Positions 11,601-15,678 of a stretch of 15,678 nucleotides of DNA are shown here, one piece after another. The stretch lies in assembly GCA_001949185.1 (NCBI GenBank), contig BDGG01000032.1, forward strand, positions 1 through 15,678, read 5' to 3'. Within the stretch, counting starts at the first letter, position 1, and each line of letters starts with the position of its first letter. Under the pieces are notes generated by a model. The model saw only the letters and a program-made list of their open reading frames with translations. It searched no databases and was not told where the DNA came from. The DNA is from Ramazzottius varieornatus. Its lineage: Eukaryota > Animalia > Tardigrada. Position numbers and translations under genes: made by a program.

Positions 11601-11943
11601 ACCGGGACGATGTGTGGTGTCGTTCTCAGGTTACCGGCACCTCAGTCTTCACGATGTGACCGACGATATTCTTCCCTTGTCCAAGCTCTTTCTGCGCATT
11701 TCGTGTAAGGTCAAGAGCACACCTACTTCTCGCAAAGAGTCGATCGAAGCCATACCGGAAGGGGAGGAAGAGGAGATTCCCGCAGTCTCGGCTCGTGGTC
11801 AGTTGCATCGCAGTTCGGTGGTCGCTCGCCTCTCCATGCGCTTCCAGAAGTTCGCCAGCCTGGCTGAACGACGAAGAAGTCGCAGCGAGGATCAAGGCCA
11901 CACTGACTTTGCGATAACGTACTGCCGAAAAGACTCTTGCTGA
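2554..11943 (+). CDS. PLCE1: Phosphoinositide-specific phospholipase C, epsilon-like (divergent, truncated architecture), 16 coding exons, ~1285 aa
   Basis: Exon model: join(2554..2650,5207..5394,5755..5900,6564..7251,7327..7837,7938..8230,8355..8567,8846..8962,9109..9261,9609..9708,9779..10209,10648..10867,10984..11108,11177..11335,11453..11555,11630..11943) = 3858 nt. All phases are compatible; introns are GT-AG except one probable GC-AG. X box: [60 protein letters not shown] box: [44 protein letters not shown]2: VVSGQYV...GYRHLSL. Epsilon-type motifs as recalled: GHQLKG, WLRKTY...GP...[28 protein letters not shown]. The symbol denotes family, not proven orthology. Confidence 0.9.
5207..5394 (+). 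CDS. PLC exon 2
   Basis: Acceptor tctttctttgacag, donor AAG|GTAAGA. Open, coding-like frame [13 protein letters not shown]...ENVKTK. Confidence 0.75.
5755..5900 (+). CDS. PLC exon 3, CDC25/RasGEF-like helical segment
   Basis: ttgttgcag acceptor, AA|GTAAGA donor. Encodes [48 protein letters not shown], matching the RasGEF pattern W...I......ER......I..GL. This frame is absent from the supplied ORF track. Confidence 0.8.
6564..7251 (+). CDS. PLC exon 4, end of RasGEF fragment plus PH-like domain
   Basis: cttttgtag acceptor (phase 2, gives GLK|[11 protein letters not shown]). [16 protein letters not shown] and [10 protein letters not shown] are PH-like strands. AGG|GTGAGC donor. Confidence 0.85.
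7327..7837 (+). CDS. PLC exon 5, low-complexity region plus EF-hand-like region
   Basis: cctttgcag acceptor, T|GTAAGT donor. VLGGRNY...[28 protein letters not shown]. Confidence 0.85.
7938..8230 (+). CDS. PLC exon 6, EF-hand-like region preceding the X box
   Basis: ctgctgtag acceptor (phase 1). [11 protein letters not shown]...LIAKYEINP...[10 protein letters not shown]. Donor is probably AAG|GCAAGT; alternative AAA|GTGGGT at 8243. Confidence 0.85.
8355..8567 (+). CDS. PLC exon 7, catalytic X box part 1
   Basis: HNTYL, EVDCWDG and YHG catalytic motifs. atatttag acceptor, AAG|GTTTGC donor. Confidence 0.95.
8846..8962 (+). CDS. PLC exon 8, X box part 2
   Basis: [39 protein letters not shown]. 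accgtag acceptor, GTGCGT donor. Confidence 0.95.
9109..9261 (+). CDS. PLC exon 9, X box end
   Basis: [12 protein letters not shown]...[19 protein letters not shown]. tcttgtag acceptor, GTGAGT donor. This frame is not in the supplied ORF track. Confidence 0.92.
9398..9440. other. Intronic GC-rich hairpin
   Basis: 13-bp perfect stem caagtggcgcacg (9398-9410) / cgtgcgccacttg (9428-9440). The 17-nt loop contains ctg-T7-cag. Confidence 0.7.
9609..9708 (+). CDS. PLC exon 10, acidic X-Y linker
   Basis: [33 protein letters not shown]. tacaacag acceptor, GTAAGC donor. Confidence 0.8.
9779..10209 (+). CDS. PLC exon 11, X-Y linker and start of Y box
   Basis: ELEDYPTCY...[20 protein letters not shown]. 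ggccacag acceptor, GTACAG donor. Confidence 0.85.
10648..10867 (+). CDS. PLC exon 12, Y box
   Basis: VVSMNE...[36 protein letters not shown]. gatacag acceptor, GTATGT donor. Confidence 0.93.
10984..11108 (+). CDS. PLC exon 13, Y box end and first C2 strand
   Basis: [23 protein letters not shown]...CSLT. gcttgcag acceptor, GTAAGT donor. Confidence 0.88.
11177..11335 (+). CDS. PLC exon 14, C2 domain
   Basis: VVSGQYV...PALELELYD...KNPVNPIF. cttttcaag acceptor, GTACGT donor. Confidence 0.88.
11453..11555 (+). CDS. PLC exon 15, C2 domain
   Basis: [34 protein letters not shown]. ctgttacag acceptor, GTAAGC donor. Not in the ORF track. Confidence 0.9.
11630..11943 (+). CDS. PLC exon 16 (terminal): C2 end plus ~75 aa tail
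   Basis: gttctcag acceptor. [22 protein letters not shown], then a charged tail to TGA at 11941-11943. Confidence 0.85.
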
Positions 11944-12252
11944 ATGGTGTTCTTAAGTGCCTGTATTCGAGATCTCACTCAAAGGCTACACTGTGCACTA
12001 AAAGGTTCGGACTGTTATTCCTGATAGGTTTTGCGGTAAAACAGATACCTGTGATAACACTGGAGATTTTGTTTTGTCTGGTCATCGCGTTTCGCGTCTT
12101 GCCTTTGAAGATTATCTATCGTTGGTTATTTTCGGCTCACCGGTTCACTGTACACGTACGACGAGACATTGTGGGACAGGCGGAAAGGACGGCAAAACGG
12201 AAATTCCACCGTAGAAAAGTTTCGAAAAATGTATTAATGTGAATCGGTCGCG
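11653..12252 (+). repeat. Left arm of long inverted duplication (at least 600 bp, 100% identical)
   Basis: Compared base by base with 15079..15678; position i pairs with 27331-i, and no mismatches were found. Confidence 0.97.
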
Positions 12253-12331
12253 TACGTACGGGCTCCGTACCTCCGTAACGAAAAGGCCGGTCTTGTAATT
12301 TTTACTGTCCCATAAATTCTCGTCGTGCGTG
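12153..12331. mobile_element. Tc1/mariner-type MITE, 179 bp, TA target duplication
   Basis: TIRs cacgtacgacgagacattgtgggacag (12153-12179) vs revcomp of 12305-12331 cacgcacgacgagaatttatgggacag, 23/27 identical. TA at 12151-12152 and 12332-12333. Confidence 0.8.
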
Positions 12332-12666
12332 TAAATTAACGAAGAACTGCTTGGCTTTCATTGATATGAAGTATTGATCGTTGATAAGTGTAAGTGTACA
12401 CTTGATCATGTGTGATCGTATCGTTTGCTTTGAAAGAAGGACGGTTATGCCTTCGTACGAACGATAGGTAATAAGGCTATCGGACCTATCGGTCTGGCTG
12501 ACCTTTGCTTGGACCGAAACGTACTTTCTTCCACCTCGACGACGTTGAGCTTGCCATTACTGTAGTCTCATGAAAGGTCAAGCTTGGATGCAGTGTTCGG
12601 CGGGAGCTCGCAAGCGCCGCAGTCCAGATGGGCATTGCACCGCGCAAGGCAGACGGGCGTTCTGAT

Positions 12667-13473
12667 TAGAGGGGTTCGGCCGAACATTATTTAGTGGCCA
12701 ACGGTTATTTTGGCCACGAATAATCTGTTATAGTCGCGGCCAAAATGACGATGGACCGTGAACGAAATGGTGTTCTGGCCGGGTTCCACCTGTTTTAGCC
12801 GTTTTTGCCGCGGTAATCAGCCAATCAATGCACCAGTGTTATGTTCAGCTTCAGTCCCACATTTTTAGTCCCAAGTCTCGTCGGACTGCTAAAAATTCAG
12901 CCAGGAAGTATATCAGTTCAGTCCGACAGGAATGGATTCCGCCTCTTTACAAACCTATCTAAGTAAGACTGATAAAATCGAATCTCTCAGATATCGATTT
13001 TACATGTAATGAAACTGATTCGCGAGATGAGACTGAAACTGATTCGCGAAGAATATCAGTCTCAGTCTGGGGGACAAACTGAATTGCATGGGATATGAGT
13101 CTCACGCGCATGGGACTACCTCAAACCAGTTCCAGTTTCAGTCCGTTCTCGTTGTGGTCTTAGACTCTGCCTGGGCGAATCAGTCTCTGTGTTTTCAGTT
13201 TCAGTCCGGGGGACTAGACTGTTGATTCAGTCTAGTCGAGAGACTAAGACCGAAACTGATTTAAAAACTAATATTGTATCAGTCTCGGACTGAAACTAAA
13301 TGCAACACTGCAATGCGCGACTTGCACGTAGGCCGGAATATTTTGGCCATGGCTAAAGCGGCCAAGTGGACAATGGCCGACAACCAATCGTCATTTTGGC
13401 CGCGGGCAAAACAGATTGTTCGCGGCCCATTTAGTCGCTGGGCACTGACTAATGTTCGCCCGAACCCACTCTA
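12667..13473. mobile_element. hAT-type non-autonomous element (outer), interrupted by a nested element
   Basis: Termini TAGAG...CTCTA. Imperfect inverted arms of ~86 bp (12667-12752 vs 13387-13473) include a perfect cgcggccaaaatgacgat. 8-bp TSD gttctgat (12659-12666) / gtcctgat (13474-13481). GGCC-rich subterminal repeats. Confidence 0.85.
12834..13310. mobile_element. hAT-type non-autonomous element (inner, 477 bp)
   Basis: Termini CAGTGTT...AACACTG, TIR 19/24 identical. 8-bp TSD caatgcac (12826-12833) / caatgcgc (13311-13318). Dense TCAGTC/GACTGA repeats. 16-bp direct repeat tgaaactgattcgcga at 13010-13025 and 13034-13049. Confidence 0.85.
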
Positions 13474-13925
13474 GTCCTGATCTGCCTCTAACAATGCCTC
13501 AACGGCAAATCAAATAATCAAGAGAGGTTTGCTGAACGTACCCAGTGGGGTATCTGTCCATTTATAGTGAAATCACAAGGGGCTGCTCGTGGTAGTGAAT
13601 CCAGGATATTTCTGTTCATTTCCTGTTCGCTTTTGGCATGAAACTGGTGGTGTATGGTTTACCGACTTTCTTATGTTGCCCTGCAAAAGATGTGCGATAT
13701 TTACTACGGTCCGGTTTGCGTGAAAATAACAGTCGAAGACAGTGACGTCACAACTCACCAAGAACAATCTGAATGAAAATCAAACTATTTGTTTTCCAAC
13801 ATGTGCATCCGCTGCGTGAATGAACAAACAATCAAGCATGTTTATGGCGAACGCTCCTATGTTTACGGTGATTTTGAAATTGAAGAGCGATGCACACATC
13901 TTTAGCGAGTGGATTGTAGTATAAT

Positions 13926-13955
13926 CAGGGTCATTTGAGTACTCAAATGACCCTG
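13926..13955. repeat. Perfect 30-bp palindrome flanked by 7-bp near-direct repeats
   Basis: cagggtcatttgagt|actcaaatgaccctg. Flanks gtataat (13919-13925) and ctataat (13956-13962). Confidence 0.9.
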
Positions 13956-14319
13956 CTATAATATTATGGTAGATTGAGTTACAAGTATGGGCATCTTATG
14001 AGAGGTGGGCAAGTAAATTGGACGAGGTCGTGGCCACAAGTAACGCTCATGTTTACTGTTAGCAGTTACCGCCCGAAAGTATGCGCTACTGGGGAAAACA
14101 GTGGTCCAAGTCCTTCACGACGGAGGACCCAAACCCCAACTCGAACAGCGCAGGGGTGAAAAGCATTGATGTTTGATCTGCAAATATCGGAATCTACAGT
14201 TCATTGATTGGTCATTGGTCTACTAGATAGTGCTAATTTACTGTAAAGTGTCAACTGAAATTCCCGTGCAGCTTGGTGACATCTGTAGAAGGCTCGGCTA
14301 AGGCAAGTACGCCGTTTAG

Positions 14320-14429
14320 CCGTTCTTAGCCGTGACTAAAACAGCTAAAACATTTTTAGCCGACTTAGCATCAGTAAATCAATCAAACGCATAATATATT
14401 TTAGCTGCTTTAGCCCCGGATAAGAACGG
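14320..14429. repeat. Decayed foldback/MITE relic with TTAGC(C)/GCTAA repeats
   Basis: 34-bp inverted arms 14320-14353 and 14396-14429, 29/34 identical. Many ttagcc/gctaa units from ~14291 to 14416. True termini and TSD not resolved. Confidence 0.65.
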
Positions 14430-14465
14430 TCAAAAATGCCGGCCCATTCAAGAAAATTACCTGGC

Positions 14466-14639
14466 GAAGACACGGACAATAGATCGAAGACACTGGACTT
14501 TCTTACTAGTGTCTTTAATACTCTGCCACTGTCTAAGCAATCTGACAGGTCCCTTGCTGGTGTTCACCACCCCCAGTGTCTTGTGACGACACTGGTCAGC
14601 TCCGGCACGAACACTGTAGTCACCCTTGGCAGTGTCTTT
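14466..14639. repeat. Cluster of AAGACACTG/CAGTGTCTT motifs in both orientations
   Basis: Copies at about 14466, 14486, 14508 (rev), 14574 (rev), 14588, 14610 and 14630 (rev). Confidence 0.5.
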
Positions 14640-15078
14640 CCCCGTGGGAATGAACGGCCTGAACTGAACGATCACATTGGGTAAATACGCCTCTTTTGGT
14701 CGAGGACCGTTTGTTTGTGTTCAGGTTCCATAATTCATTCATTCGGCGAAAGGCCGGTCTCGGTTTTTCCCCATCTCTATCGAAACCTGTTATGATGAGC
14801 TTTTTCTACTGTTCGCCGCTCGACTGGAGTCAGTCTAGATCCTGTGCTCCCGGCAACTTGGAAACTGATGTCAATGGATGAAAAGACTGCGGCGAAGGGG
14901 TGGATTCAGGTGAGAAAGCTGAAGATGACGCAGTAACTGATAGTTTTGCAGGTGGTGGTAGGTTTTCTGACTTATCTAACACTAAACGCTACCGCGGTTT
15001 TGTGTATCGGAACGAGGTAAGCCGCATCGCTTAGTTTTGAAGTCAGTTTAATACGCTGAACGTTTGTTGGAAGGGGTT

Positions 15079-15178
15079 CGCGACCGATTCACATTAATAC
15101 ATTTTTCGAAACTTTTCTACGGTGGAATTTCCGTTTTGCCGTCCTTTCCGCCTGTCCCACAATGTCTCGTCGTACGTG
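15079..15178 (-). mobile_element. Truncated (one-ended) copy of the 179-bp MITE carried in the inverted duplication
   Basis: Reverse complement of 12153..12252; the second TIR is absent. Confidence 0.8.
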
Positions 15179-15387
15179 TACAGTGAACCGGTGAGCCGAA
15201 AATAACCAACGATAGATAATCTTCAAAGGCAAGACGCGAAACGCGATGACCAGACAAAACAAAATCTCCAGTGTTATCACAGGTATCTGTTTTACCGCAA
15301 AACCTATCAGGAATAACAGTCCGAACCTTTTAGTGCACAGTGTAGCCTTTGAGTGAGATCTCGAATACAGGCACTTAAGAACACCAT

Positions 15388-15678
15388 TCAGCAAGAGTCT
15401 TTTCGGCAGTACGTTATCGCAAAGTCAGTGTGGCCTTGATCCTCGCTGCGACTTCTTCGTCGTTCAGCCAGGCTGGCGAACTTCTGGAAGCGCATGGAGA
15501 GGCGAGCGACCACCGAACTGCGATGCAACTGACCACGAGCCGAGACTGCGGGAATCTCCTCTTCCTCCCCTTCCGGTATGGCTTCGATCGACTCTTTGCG
15601 AGAAGTAGGTGTGCTCTTGACCTTACACGAAATGCGCAGAAAGAGCTTGGACAAGGGAAGAATATCGTCGGTCACATC
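15388..15678 (-). CDS. 3' part of the terminal exon of a second, inverted copy of the PLC-epsilon-like gene (5' part outside the window)
   Basis: Exact reverse complement of 11653..11943, with the stop codon at 15388-15390 on the minus strand. Whether the copy is complete cannot be seen. Confidence 0.75.
   Translation of the reverse strand, partial: DVTDDILPLSKLFLRISCKVKSTPTSRKESIEAIPEGEEEEIPAVSARGQLHRSSVVARLSMRFQKFASLAERRRSRSEDQGHTDFAITYCRKDSC

Larger units (their letters stand above)
15079..15678 (-). repeat. Right arm of long inverted duplication (runs off window end)
   Basis: Reverse complement of 11653..12252. Identity stops at 15078/12253. Confidence 0.97.

Noticed and set aside
11920-11943. 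C-terminal cysteines (YCRKDSC) as a prenylation signal
   Set aside because: Does not match CaaX, CC or CxC motifs.
11937-12242. 101-aa hydrophobic ORF present twice (also 15089..15394 on the minus strand)
   Set aside because: It has a non-ATG start, overlaps the 3' flank and runs into a MITE. It appears twice only because of the inverted duplication.
12834-13310. Repeated GACTGA/TCAGTC motifs as a CRISPR-like array
   Set aside because: Eukaryotic context, short irregular units in both orientations, no constant repeat-spacer period, and bounded by TIRs and a TSD.
14291-14416. TTAGCC units as telomeric repeats
   Set aside because: They are not TTAGGC/TTAGGG and not tandem; they are arranged as inverted arms typical of transposon subterminal repeats.

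Overview
Eukaryotic (animal, probably invertebrate) genomic DNA. It is dominated by one spliced + strand gene for a phosphoinositide-specific phospholipase C of the epsilon type. I reconstruct 16 coding exons (2554..11943, 3858 nt, 1285 aa) with every intron phase compatible; exon 1 is tentative. The X/Y catalytic core and C2 domain are intact. The small-GTPase modules that define PLC-epsilon look reduced: the CDC25/RasGEF domain is only an N-terminal fragment, the Y-box insert is missing, and no RA domains follow C2. The last 600 bp of the window (15079..15678) are a 100% identical inverted copy of 11653..12252 (last exon plus 3' flank), running off the window edge. This suggests a tail-to-tail duplicate, with the breakpoint inside a small TA-flanked MITE. 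The 2.8 kb spacer holds non-autonomous DNA transposon relics: a hAT-type MITE nested in another (both with 8-bp TSDs), a perfect 30-bp palindrome resembling an excision footprint, and decayed foldbacks. Another TIR element lies upstream at about 646..1167. Most ORFs in the supplied track are spurious or are single exons read into introns. Family assignments rest on recalled motifs; no searches were run.
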